Shown here in pieces: positions 1-11,135 of a DNA stretch of 64,000 bases; within the stretch, counting starts at the first letter, position 1; every line of letters starts with the position of its first letter. Below the pieces are notes generated by a model. The model searched no databases. It saw only the letters and a list, made by a program, of their open reading frames with translations, and was not told the origin of the DNA. A program made the position numbers and the translations under genes. The stretch lies in assembly GCA_964234715.1 (NCBI GenBank), contig OZ174281.1. One strand, 5' to 3'. Source of the DNA: Podarcis melisellensis (lineage: Eukaryota).

Positions 1-1319
1 CATCAGTGGATGCTAAGCTGGATCTACAGCCTTCCCGTTAATAGCAATAATAATGAACAAATAATTTAATAATGTTCACAAATGAAGTACACTCCTTCTG
101 GGATCCAGTACTTCCTTAAATCAGTGTTTCCCAACCTTTTTTGGGCAAAGGCACACTTGTTTCATGAAAAAAATCTCGAGGCACACCACCATGCCAGATG
201 GGGAAAGGTCACTTTTTACTTATGTAAAAAAAAATAAAAAAAATAGTAACAGCATAGAAGGTAATGGTTAGGCTAGCATCCCTCTTCCAAATATGCTAGG
301 TTTTTATTTGCAGGGACTGTTCTACATGGGAAAGCATTCAGTTGCTCCGAAGTTTGGGGGGCCGCGGGGGTGGGCGCGCGTCCCAGGAGGCGGAGGCCAG
401 CCCGGGCTGGGAGCCGCGCCGCAGCCCGGGGGCGGTAGGCGGACCGCGGCTCCTAGGATGTGGAAAGGGGACGGCGGCGCAGGGGGAGGAGACCCGCACG
501 GCTAGGGCAGCGCGCAGGGGGAGGGGAGCGGGCCGGAGGCGGGCGAGGGGGGCCGCGATCCCGCGCGCCGCGAACATGGCCCCCTTCCCCGCGGGCCCCG
601 CCGAGCCCCCCGGCTGCCCCCAACAGACAACCAGGCCTGCAAGCTTCCTCTTCTGACATCGCCCAGGCCCCCACGCAGCCCCCCACCAGCAAAACGCCCA
701 GGAGTTTGAAGGGACCCGAGGGCCACGCAGCCAAGGGGTCTAACTCTGCAGGGAAAAGCTTCCTGTCTTTCCTCTGCCCCCTCCCCACTGGAAAGGGATG
801 GTGGCTGCAGGCTCTGCCCCCCCCCTTAACATCTGCAAAATGATTAAGGCTGATACATTGTGTTACAGGATTTTATCTAGGTAACTTCCCTGAGCTGTCA
901 AGTTGAAAGGGTACATTCAGGCATAATATTTGCAACATTTAACAACTTTAAATATGTGCCCCCCCTGTAATTTCCATAACAGTTGGAAGGTCAAAAATAT
1001 AACCTCCTATGACAACTCCTGCAACCCATGAGCTTTCAGACAAAGATCATGCATGGACAAATGTAAAGATCTTTGGAAAGTATTGATCGAAACCACAGTA
1101 ACAAACGAATCAATGTATCTTCAAGGGAAAGAATAAGTAGATCCATTTGCATATATAGCTCTGTAGGCTTAATTATATTCCATTGCTATTTTGTTATTGC
1201 TCGTTTACTCTGCTTCTATTTATTTTTAGTGCGTGTAACCTTTTTATTCCCCCTCCCCCCCCCGCCAATTTAACTCCTTGTAATACTCTCAATAAAATAT
1301 AAGGAAACAAGAAAGGAGA

Positions 1320-1497
1320 TTCCCACAAAACATTAGGAAGGCCTTTCTGGTGGTGAGAGCAGTCAGACAGGGGAAGGGGCTTTTAGGGAGAGGTCGGGGG
1401 GGGGGCATCTGCCAGGGATGCTTTAGCTGTGAGTCCTGAATTGCTGGGGGTTGGACTGGATGACCTTTGGGTTCCTTCCACCTCTATGATTCCATGA
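1320..1497 (+). mobile_element. CR1 LINE 3' remnant inside the hAT element
   Basis: ACATTAGGAAGGCCTTTCTGGTGGTGAGAGCAGTCAGACAG and GGGTTGGACTGGATGACCTTTGGGTTCCTTCCACCTCTATGATTCCATGA resemble the CR1 ORF2 end and tail. Confidence 0.65.
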
Positions 1498-1964
1498 CCT
1501 TTAAGTGAAGTCACCTCCATCTTCCTCTCAGAGCAGATGCCCACAAGCCCTGGGCGGGAAGAGCCAGAGAGAGAGAGAGAGAGAGAGGAGGACATTCCTA
1601 AGAACCGGCAGCTCAGCTCTCGCCTCCCTCCAGGAACCAGAAAAGCCAGTTTAGGGCTCAGATCTTTCCCACAGGCCTTTCTGAGTTCTTCTCCGGGGAC
1701 ACCCCAGGATGGCCAGAGCGTCACAAGAACCGCACCAGACATTCACCAGACCCCAAATCTTTCCCCCTTCCTGGCCTGAGAGGCTGCAAATTCTACCTGC
1801 CTTCCCCCCTCCAGTTGATCAACACACAGAGATGCAGGTGGCCAGGGACCCACCTGTGCACACCTGAGCCTGCAAGGGGCAGCCAAGCCCCCTTCACCGC
1901 CTGCCCCCCCCCGCCAGCCCCCTCTCCCCTCCTCCCTAGGCGGCAGCTCCGCCATGACCACAAA

Positions 1965-2305
1965 CGGCGGCGGCAGCAGCAGCCGCGCGCGGCCCAGGCT
2001 CCCCTCGCCGCCCGCGGGAGCCAAGGCGCGCGACGAGGGAGCCAAGGCGCGCGATAATTTTCTTAAATTATGTCAGCGGCGCCCGGCAGAGCAGCCCTCT
2101 CGGCCACGGCAGCCCGGCTCTCCCAGCCCCCGGGGGCCGCCCTCCTCCCTCGCGCACCCGCAGCGTTCCCGCCCGGGGAGGCGGCGCCCCCAGGAGAGGC
2201 GGCGGCGGCGGCAGCTGCTGCGCGCGGCCCGGGCTCCCCTCGCCGGCCGCGGGAGCCAAGGCGCGCGACGAGGGAGCCAAGGCGCGCGATAATTTTTTTA
2301 ATTAT
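1965..2305 (+). repeat. ~105-bp GC-rich direct repeat (about 1965-2070 and 2200-2305), each copy with an internal GGGAGCCAAGGCGCGCGA doublet
   Basis: Direct comparison of the two stretches. Confidence 0.85.
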
Positions 2306-2401
2306 TGGGGGGCAGAGCCCCCCCAATAAAATTTTTGAGGGGGCTCAGGCCCCCTCAGGCCCCATGGTGTCGGCGCCTATGCGCCCGCCCCGTCGCCGCA
2401 G

Positions 2402-2743
2402 GCTCCTCCCGGCCGAGAGCCAGAGGACGGCGGCGGAGCAGGAGGAGGAGGATCGGGTTTGGCGACAGCTGCTGCGTCCTCTCCAAGCGCGGGGCTGGCC
2501 TCCGCCGCGCCCGATCCTCCGCAGTCGCCGCGCTTCTCGGCGGAGCAGGTCTCGTGCGTGTGCGAGGCGCTGCTGCAGGCGGGCGACCCCGGCCGGCTGG
2601 GCCGCTTCCTGGGCTCGCTGCCGCCTGATGCCGAGGCGCCGTGCCTGGAGGCGCAGGCAGGCGAGAGCCTGGCCAAGGCGCGCGCGCTGCTGGCCTTCCA
2701 GCGTGGCGACTTCGCCGAGCTCTACCGCCTGGTGCAGAGCCGG
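2402..2743 (+). pseudogene. SIX5: Captured 5' fragment of SIX5 (N-terminus and first ~70 aa of the SIX domain; no homeodomain; one frameshift)
   Basis: 2534-2743 reads FSAEQVSCVCEALLQAGDPGRLGRFLGSLPP...KARALLAFQRGDFAELYRLVQSR, matching recalled SIX5 (FSPEQVACVCEALLQAGHAGRLSRFLGALPP...RARALVAFQRGEYAELYRLLESR) better than SIX4. Another frame upstream gives LPAE...AAEQEEEDRVWRQLLRPLQA, like SIX5 LPAE...EEEEEEARQLLQTLQA. Confidence 0.85.
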
Positions 2744-5184
2744 CGATGGGATGTGGGAGGGAGCTCGCTCGCCGCCCCGCGTGTGCCGCCCGACTCGCCC
2801 GCCTCCCTCCCACGGCACACCAGGCAACCTCTCGCGGCACACTAGTGTGCCGCGGAACACCGGTTGGGAAACACTGCCTTAAATCGATATGCTCTTTATA
2901 TCATTCACATGATCAAGCAGAAGGTGATTAAAAAAAACAAAAACCCAACTCAGATTCTGTTCAGGATGAGGGAGAACTGTAGATGTAATGTTTGGAAGTA
3001 GCCAAAGATAGAATTCCTACTTTCTTCAATTCAGGAAACAAAAACTGGATGGTAAGCGCGTGTGTGTGTGTAACAAGTTATGATTTTATCCAACAAGCTG
3101 GCCTCTGCTGGGGGAGGGTATTCAGAGGCTTTGGGAAAGAGAGCAGAGAATTACCAACATGGCCCTTTTTGTAATTTCTCTACACATGCACACGCACACA
3201 CAGTGTTCAGGAAGCTTCATAAATCAATTAACAGCATACTAATGAGAAGCGGGAGAATTTGGACTACCTTCAAAAGTGTAATAGAAACTTAGGCAATAGA
3301 AACTTTTATGCTGTCTTGATCTGCTCTCCACTTGCATTTGTTTATTTGGAAAAAATCCTGGAGCATCCTGTTCTGGAATGATTCTTATCTGTTGTTCTTA
3401 TTTATAGTTTCAGCTGAATGACCTGCAATTGCATCTGTGTTCTTCCAGCTCTGTTTCCCTTTAACTTTGACAGAAAATTGAGTCCCCTGTGTATTTAAAC
3501 AAACAATGGGCTGGTTTTCAGACATCTGATTTCCGAGCGGGTAAAATGAGTTTACGGTCTTTACCTCTTCAATTTCTGTGTGCTTGTGTGGAGCAGGGCA
3601 ACCCAGTGCCACATGCAGAAGCCGGAAGTTTCCGGCAACTAGAGAGAACCATCAGCCTCTCTGTCACGATGAGCCATTATTTCATGCCTGTGCGAGGCAA
3701 ACATTTTCCCACACAAAACTGAATAGTGAAATAACCAAGTTGGAAGAGCTTTAACGGCCTCAGAAATCATCACAAAAAAAGGAAAGAAAGAAAAGAAAGA
3801 AATCATCACTGAGACTTGGATCTCACATATATTTTACCACAGGGTGCTGCCAAAAACAGCATGGTTTGGTAAATTACCCATTTCTCATATTGTAGTCTAA
3901 TACAAAACTCTTACTATGCAGAGTGAAGCTGTCATACAATGAGTTCCCCAACCCCATGAATGCACAACATGATTCCTGCACTCCAGCTTAATAAGTACAT
4001 TAAAATGGCCGCCTCTGAGGAGTGCTGCTTTCTGAGGTCAGCACTGGCCCAGATATTTGAAGCTGCCATTCCTCTCCAGGACTTTGGTAACTGTAGCTCT
4101 GCTACAGCTTCCAATATTTTTTGGGGGAAGTAGCATGCTTTCAAGTGCTTTAAAATGTATGGTGTGTACTCAGCCTTCATTTCCTCAAAAAGGACTGAAT
4201 GTTATGCTTTGTCTTGTATCTGTCGGTCAAAATGCATATTAAAATAAGAGGGGACAAAATGAAGGCAAAGCTTTGTCAAGATGCAGGATCTATTGGCGTA
4301 CATATTTATTTGTAAACAGAATAACTTTGCCATCCAAACCAGCGCTTAAAATGACTTACAACCAAAGACTTAAAAACAACAGTACTAATCTCATAAAAGT
4401 CACAATAAACATAAAAAAAAACTCAAACACATTTTTTTAAATTTTTCAAAAAGGATGATTTTAAACGGTTAAGAACTCCTGCGGCATAAGAACACACGCA
4501 GAATGTTTTAGGAAAATTGGTTTAACTTTGTGTAATGTTGGGCATGCTCCAAAATGAAAGGCAGATCAGAAACCAGGCTCCGGGCTAAACTGGCGGCCGT
4601 CTCTTCATGGAAGGCGCATGTTAAAATAGCTATTTTATTTCCAGCGCTACTGATGAAACGAGATCCTGATCCTGCACTTGCAGGGTTGGGCACGTGGCCA
4701 GAGAAAACTCTCTTTAAAAAAAAGGCGTTCCAAATAGGATGTGTGTCAGATCATCTGCGCTGCAAAGAATGGAATGCAGACCTCCGGGCCTCCTAAAGGA
4801 GCGGCAGGATTAAGTGGACCCACATTGCAAAATGCAGACAAATAAACATCCACAGGAGCCACTCCGGGACTCTGCAACTTGTGACCCACCAAGAAGAATG
4901 AAGTCAGCCGGCTATGTCCGCAGCCTGCCATGTTGCGGCCAGTCCCTCTGGTTTCAAAGTCCCAAGCAGGCACCAAAAGCTGCGCATTTATAGAGAGCCA
5001 TACAGTCACCGGGGAACATATGCAGGAGAGTGGGCTTCCCACTGCCATCTTGTTGGCCACCCTCAGTACAGAATGTAGGGCTAAATGGGCCTTTGGCCTG
5101 ATCCAGCAGGTCTCTTCTTATGTTATGTGCCTATGATGAGACTGGCATCAGTTGCTAGTTTCTAGTTCCTTAATCCTACTTCAC

Positions 5185-5370
5185 AAGGGACCACAGGAAC
5201 ACAGTTCCTTATACCAACCCATACCAGTGGTCCATCTAGATTAGTATTGTCTACCCCGACTGGCAGCGACTATCCAGGGTTTCAAGCAAGGGACATTCCC
5301 AGTCCTACCTGAAGATGCCAGGGGTTGAACCCAATACCATCTGCATACAAAGCAGGTGCTCTGTGACCCT
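5185..5370 (-). mobile_element. tRNA-derived SINE (Squam3-like), degenerate
   Basis: Reverse B-box region GATGCCAGGGGTTGAACCC...TGCATACAAAGCAGGTGCTCT, shared with other copies in the window. Confidence 0.6.
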
Positions 5371-5377
5371 TCCCAAC

Positions 5378-5458
5378 AGTAATAGTAGTAGTAGTTTATA
5401 TTGCTTGTACCCCGTCCATCTGACTGGGTTGCCCCAACCACTCTGGGAGGCTTTCTGA
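5378..5458 (-). mobile_element. L2 LINE 3' tail remnant
   Basis: ACCCCGTCCATCTGACTGGGTTGCCCCAACCACTCTGGGAGGCT next to a trinucleotide run; similar copy at about 13410-13500. Confidence 0.55.
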
Positions 5459-6030
5459 GCAGTAGAAGGGAGGATATTATTTGTGCTGGGCAAGGATTTC
5501 TATGAGCAGAGAAGAGCCAGCAGGAATGTGTGGGAAGACATTAAAAATTGTCTTCAAAATAATTTTATTATTAGGGAAAAGAAGAAAAACAAACAGAACA
5601 AAAACAAAACAAAACAAAACAACAACAACCAAAAAACCATCCTCCAAGATTAGACCAAAGCCAAACCTGAACTGCTTCCAAAACACTATGAAGAGAAAAA
5701 CGTCCAAATTTGTCCATGCTTATCGAGTTTGTCTTGTTTTCTATAAACTGTTCTTTCTTTACTGATAAACCAGCTATTTGCAGTAGCCACTCTTGAGCTG
5801 CTGGAATGTAGTATGGACATTTCCATTCGCTAAAGAGCAACCTCTTAGCAACCAGCAGAGCAGTTTAGGATACAAATACCTTCTGCCTTTGTTAAAAGGC
5901 CCCGTAAAAATGGTACAAAACCTAGCCAGTGCTGAATTACAAAGGTGTCTGTTGGTTTTAAACCTAGTTTGCATCTTGGCAATGGGAAAAAACCACCACC
6001 ATACTACCCTCCTGTTTCTTGTTTCTCATT

Positions 6031-6285
6031 AATAGAATCATAGAGATGGAAGAGACCACAAGGGCCATCGAGTCCAACCCCCTGCCAAGCAGGAAACACC
6101 ATCAGAGCACTCCTGACATATGGCTGTCAAGCCTCTGCTTAAAGACCTCCAAAGAAGGAGACTCCACCACACTCCTTGGCAGTAAATTCCACTGTCGAAC
6201 AGCTCTTACTGTCAGGAAGTTCTTCCTAATGTTTAGGTGGAATCTTCTTTCTTGTAGTTTGGAACCATTGCTCCGTGTCCGCTTC
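6031..6285 (-). mobile_element. CR1 LINE 3' end (part 1, split by an L2 insertion)
   Basis: Minus [55 protein letters not shown] is the CR1 ORF2 C-terminus; tail TCTATGATTCTAT on the minus strand. Confidence 0.92.
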
Positions 6286-7459
6286 ATCGCGCCACTCCTT
6301 GGTGTGTGGAGTGCCTCAGGGTGCGATTCTCTCCCCGATGCTTTTTAACATCTTTATGCGCCCTCTCGCCCAGCTTGTCCGGAGTTTTGGGCTGGGTTGC
6401 CATCAGTATGCCGATAACACCCAACTCTATCTGTTGATGGACGGCCATCCTGACTCGGCCCCAGATACACTGACCAGATGTCTGGAAGCTGTGGCTGGAT
6501 GGTTACGTGGGAGCCGGTTGAAGTTAAATCCTTCGAAGACAGAGGCCCTCTGGCTGGGACAGAGCGATATGGGATTGAGGGGGCAACTCCCATCTCTTGC
6601 GGGGGTGCAATTAGTGCCGGCATCGTCCGTTAAGAGTTTGGGTGTAATCTTTGATACCTCCCTCTCTATGGAGGCGCAGATTACAGCTATAACAAAGGCG
6701 GCATTTTTTCATCTCCGCCAAGCTAAGCAGTTGGCTCCTTATCTCTCTCGCCCTGACCTAGCCACTGTGATCCACGCAACGGTCACCTCCAGACTGGATT
6801 ATTGTAACTCGCTCTACGTGGGGCTGCCCTTGAGACTGACCCTGAAACTCCAGCGGGTGCAGAATGCCGCGGCGAGACTCCTTATGGGGTCTTCGCTGCA
6901 AGATCATATTCATCCGGTACTATACCAGCTGCACTGGCTCCCGGTGGAGTACAGGATCAGGTTTAAGGTGCTGGTTTTAACCTTTAAAGCCCTATACAGC
7001 CTAGGACCCTCGTACCTACGGGACCACCTCTCCTGGTATGTCCCACAGAGAAATTTACGGTCTGCAAATAAAAACATCCTGAAGATCCCAGGCCACAGAG
7101 AGGTTAGGCTGGCCTCAACTAGAGCCAGGGCTTTCTCGGCCACGGCTCCAATCTGGTGGAACTCTCTGTCACAATAGACTAGGGCCCTGCGGGACCTGAC
7201 ATTTTTCCTCAGGGCCTGCAAGACAGAGCTGTTCCACCAGGCCTTTGGTCAGGGCGCAGCCTGACCCCCTCCTCTGGCAATCTGCACAGAATTTTGCTTG
7301 ATGGTTGCCATCAATTTGATTTTAATTTGATTTTAACGAATTTTATAATGAATGTTTTTAGAATGTTGGATTATTTTGATTGTTGTTAGCCGCCCTGAAC
7401 CCAGCTTTGGCTGGGGAGGGCGGGATATAAATAAAATTTATTATTATTAAAATTTATTA
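6286..7459 (+). mobile_element. 5'-truncated young L2-clade LINE (RT C-terminal half and 3' UTR)
   Basis: 300-aa open frame with [53 protein letters not shown] and LHWLPV; ends in AATAAA and a (TTA)n tail. Confidence 0.93.
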
Positions 7460-7736
7460 TTCTCTGGAGCAGCAGAAAACAACCTTTCTCCCTCCTCTAT
7501 GTGACATCCTTTTATATATTTGAACATGGCTATCATATCACCCTTTAACCTCCTCTTCTCCAGGCTAAACATGCCCAGCTCCCTTAGCCGTTCCTCATAA
7601 GGCATCGTTTCCAGGCCTTTGACCATTTTGGTTGCCCTCCTCTGGACACGTTCCAGTTTGTCAGTGTCCTTCTTGAACTGTGGTGCCCAGAACTGGACAC
7701 AGTACTCCAGGTGAGGTCTGACCAGAGCAGAATACA
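7460..7736 (-). mobile_element. CR1 LINE (part 2, 5'-truncated)
   Basis: [43 protein letters not shown]...FSAAPE joins in frame to KRTRSNG of part 1. Confidence 0.92.
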
Positions 7737-9898
7737 GAATACAATAATGTCTCTTAATTATTCCTGATTTTCCCATATATGGATTCTGAGTTCCTATTAT
7801 AGGAAAGGAAGGGTGAATAAGGTAATTAGGATTTAATAGTGTCCAACTTTTTCTTAACAGAAATTGGGACACACATCGGGTCACATGCCCCGCTTTTTTG
7901 GGGGTGAGAATAAGGCATGGGTTGAGAGAGCACAGCACTGGTGCTCTGGGCTTGTCAGAGGGTCGCTCCAGCTAGATTGCTGTATCTTCAGCACTCTGCT
8001 GCGAACCTGCTCACGAGTGCCAGACTGAGAGTCTTTTGGTCCCATGGTGCAAGGACTCACACTTGAGCGCCGGACCAAAAAAATGGGACACCCAGGAATT
8101 GAACAGAAGCTGGGATTGGCTTCTATGATTCTGGGGTGTCCTGCTTAAAACAGGGAAGTTGGTGGGTAAGTGATTTGCGTCCTTCCAGTGTTGAAGGCAG
8201 TATGTCTCTGAATCCCAGTTGCTGGGAGTCACACATGGGGAAAGTGCAGGCTTCTCAGAGGCCATTGCGAGAACAGAATACTGGGCTAGAGAGGCCTTTT
8301 TGTCTGACCCAGCCAGCCTCTTCTTACGGTTATATGATTTTGACTTTTTAAAACATGGTTAGAGTTGGGAGACTCTGAGTCTAGCCTTGGCATGCGGTGT
8401 TTCTCACCCTAGCTAGACAAGAATGGGTTTGTTAGATTGCTTACGTATGCAGTGAGGGGTTATGATCCCCCCCCCCAATGAATGCATACATTGGTGCCCT
8501 CCATTCCGCTTATTTGGAAATCTTGTCAAGCTGGAGCTTGAATGTTAACGGAAATGTTAAAAATAGTCTATTGTTGCTGGGCAACTACAGTGAATATTAA
8601 GTTGTAAACTGAGCTGAACGCAATAATGTCCTGTGGTATGTTTAGCAACTTTTACCCAGTATGATAAGGGCCTATGGATCTAAGGATTATGTGATGCAGC
8701 AAGAAGTAATGGGGGAAAATCAACAAAAATGTCAAGCTTATACATCATCTTAAACATGGAGCCGGTAGTAAAACAACAACAACAACCCTCATTTGTGTGT
8801 ACCCTGAAGAAATTAAAACTACACACCAAGGAAACCCAATTTGTGACTGAATGAATAATAAGTGAGTTCTGAATGTATATAAATGGTGCGAATGAGGCAT
8901 GTTCTCTATTTTGCTTATTCTCCACCTTGTGAGATTTCTCACTTCTGATAACTAAGGAAAAGGGCAAGAAGACTGCAGCCTTGGGCCTGAATGTCTAGAA
9001 TTCCTGCTGAAGTCACTTCTAGTTTTGACTATTTCATCAGATGTTGCTAAACCTATTTCAATCCCACCTTCCAGTGACGAAGGCTGGAAACATTCTTTTT
9101 AAAAAAATCAAAAACCACTGAGATTTCTGAGAACATCGGGTTTTGCACTCCTTGCCAAGTTCCACATGACTTTTGTGCTTGTGTAGAATCGTAGCATGCA
9201 CCCACCACAGCATTGCTAAGGCTACATGCCTTCACTTGTTCAGCAGGTAATATTCTTGAATGTCCACTGTGGGCAGAAGATGGGAAAGACTGCCAACTCA
9301 TTTTGGACCTGAATCAAACTTCCCACTGTATTTATCTAATGAAACTCACATTTTGCAGTTTACACAGCCCTGTGATCTGTTATTACTAAGTTTTATGAGC
9401 TTGTGTGTGGCCAAGCTATTCATGAGACACACAGTACATATTTGGGGAACTATCCTCAGCCTTACATTCCACCACGAGTTGAGTCACTGCAAGGCGCTGA
9501 ACCCGTTCCACAGCCTGGAAAGGATATTTGCAATTAACTGTGTAGCCACCCAGCCCCAGCAGGGTGGTGACTACAGGAACACTTTAACCCTGGCATTAGA
9601 GCATCCTGAGGACATGCACCCATAGGGTTCTGGTTGGGATGGCACAGGGGCACAAGGGGCATTATTTCTATCAAGGGAATCAAAAGCTTAAAACAATAGG
9701 AGGCTAGAAGGATGTAAACATGAATGTGAAATGCAGTTGGTTAAGTGATTCAGCTTTTACTCAATTCTGCCCCAGTCCTATTTGTATAGATGTTACAGAA
9801 AGCTCCAGTAGGCAAGTGGTGTTTATTGCAGAAATGTTGCTTCAACTGATACACACACACTCACTATTTTGATAAAGAAAAGGTGAAGGGGAGCTTTC

Positions 9899-10250
9899 TG
9901 AGCCACTTGGGCTTGCTGATCGGAAGGTCAGTGGTTCAAATCCCTGTGATGGGGTGAGCTCCCGTTGCTCTGCCCCAGCTCCTGCCAACCTAGCAGTTCG
10001 AAAGCACACCAGTGCAAGTAGATAAATAGGTACCGCTGCGGCGGGAAGGTAAACGGTGTTTCTGTGTGTTCTGGCTTCCGTCACAGTGTTTCATTGTGCC
10101 AGAAGCGGTTTAGTCATGGCCACATGACCCAGAAAGCTGTCTGTGGACAAACACTGGCTTCCTTGGCCTGAAAGCGAGATGAGCACCACAACCCCATAGT
10201 CACCTTTGACTGGACTTAACCATCTAGGGGTCCTTTACCTTTTACCTTTT
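9899..10250 (+). mobile_element. Sauria SINE
   Basis: GGGGTGAGCTCCCGTTGCTC, GTGCAAGTAGATAAATAGGTACCGCT and a (TTTACC)n-type tail. Confidence 0.9.
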
Positions 10251-11135
10251 TTTTAAGATCCTGACAAATCATTCTACTGTCCCTACTTTATCATGGGCTG
10301 AGGCTGCAATCCAAAAAAGCAGATGAGAATATCTTCCAGGCTGAAACTGAGTACTTGTTTCCAGTTCCTTATTCCCATAAAAGTTCAAAACTGGACTGAA
10401 TGGGCAATCTGAATAAAGAACTGGAGTTGATACATATGTGTCCCTGGGCTGCAAAATGAGCTTCCTTGACTGAGAAACAGTTTCCTTCAAGGTCCACAAG
10501 AATTCTCTCCAATCCAAACAGCTAGGCTTGGCGTGTTTGTTGTTTCACAATGCTCTTGACCATTGCAAAGAAGGAACTGAGGGGTGGGGTGCAAATTCTA
10601 AACTAAGCTTTGGGCTACCAAATATAATACCCACCTCCAGAAAACTCCTCACGTCAGCTGGCTCAGTGGACTCACACCTCCTATCAAAACCGAATTTCAA
10701 GATACATGAGGATTTCCTGGGCAAACTGTTTTGCTGTGCTGGCTGGTGTGGGTTGTCTGCCTGCTTGTGGGGTAAAAAGGTTGAATTGTGCAGAAATGTT
10801 GACGAGGAGTGTGCTTGTTGATAGCCCATGTCTCTGTAGTCAAGCTACAACAGATAGAAGGTCAACATAACACTGAGTCGCCAAGCCATAGATAAGCCTC
10901 CTGTTGACCACGACTGACACCCCATATTTCCACATTGTGAAAATGAAGGAGATAATAGTACAGCAAACACTGCTTTGACTCCCTGCATGCAGTGATAAGG
11001 CCAGGAACGCAGGTCAAAGCTGCCCACCAGGCCTGACTCATCTCCTGTGCAGGGAAGTGTTGTGTGCAAGGCACATAAAGCAACAATAAGGCAAAGCCTG
11101 TCTGTTCAGGCTCCATTATGCACTGAGTTACAGTA

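Larger units (their letters stand above)
122..2876. mobile_element. Non-autonomous hAT (Buster/Charlie-type) DNA transposon with captured host sequence (Pack-TIR)
   Basis: CAGTGTTTCCCAACC (122-136) and GGTTGGGAAACACTG (2862-2876) are exact reverse complements. Identical 8-bp TSD CCTTAAAT at 114-121 and 2877-2884 (nnnTAnnn pattern). 22-bp subterminal palindrome at 2833-2854. No transposase ORF inside. Confidence 0.93.

Noticed and set aside
2459-2845. Functional SIX5 gene
   Set aside because: No ATG in this frame, the SIX domain stops halfway, no homeodomain or downstream exons are evident, and it is enclosed by TIRs and a TSD.
293-2931. Many overlapping Arg/Pro/Gly/Ala-rich ORFs
   Set aside because: Expected from stop-poor GC-rich DNA; only the SIX5-like frames show recognisable homology.
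4623-4636. Palindrome AAAATAGCTATTTT as a possible MEF2/enhancer site
   Set aside because: Does not match YTA(W)4TAR exactly; AT-rich palindromes of this size arise by chance.
6275-7177. Domesticated or active reverse transcriptase
   Set aside because: 5'-truncated mid-RT, YADD changed to YADN, apparent premature stop; an ordinary L2 copy.
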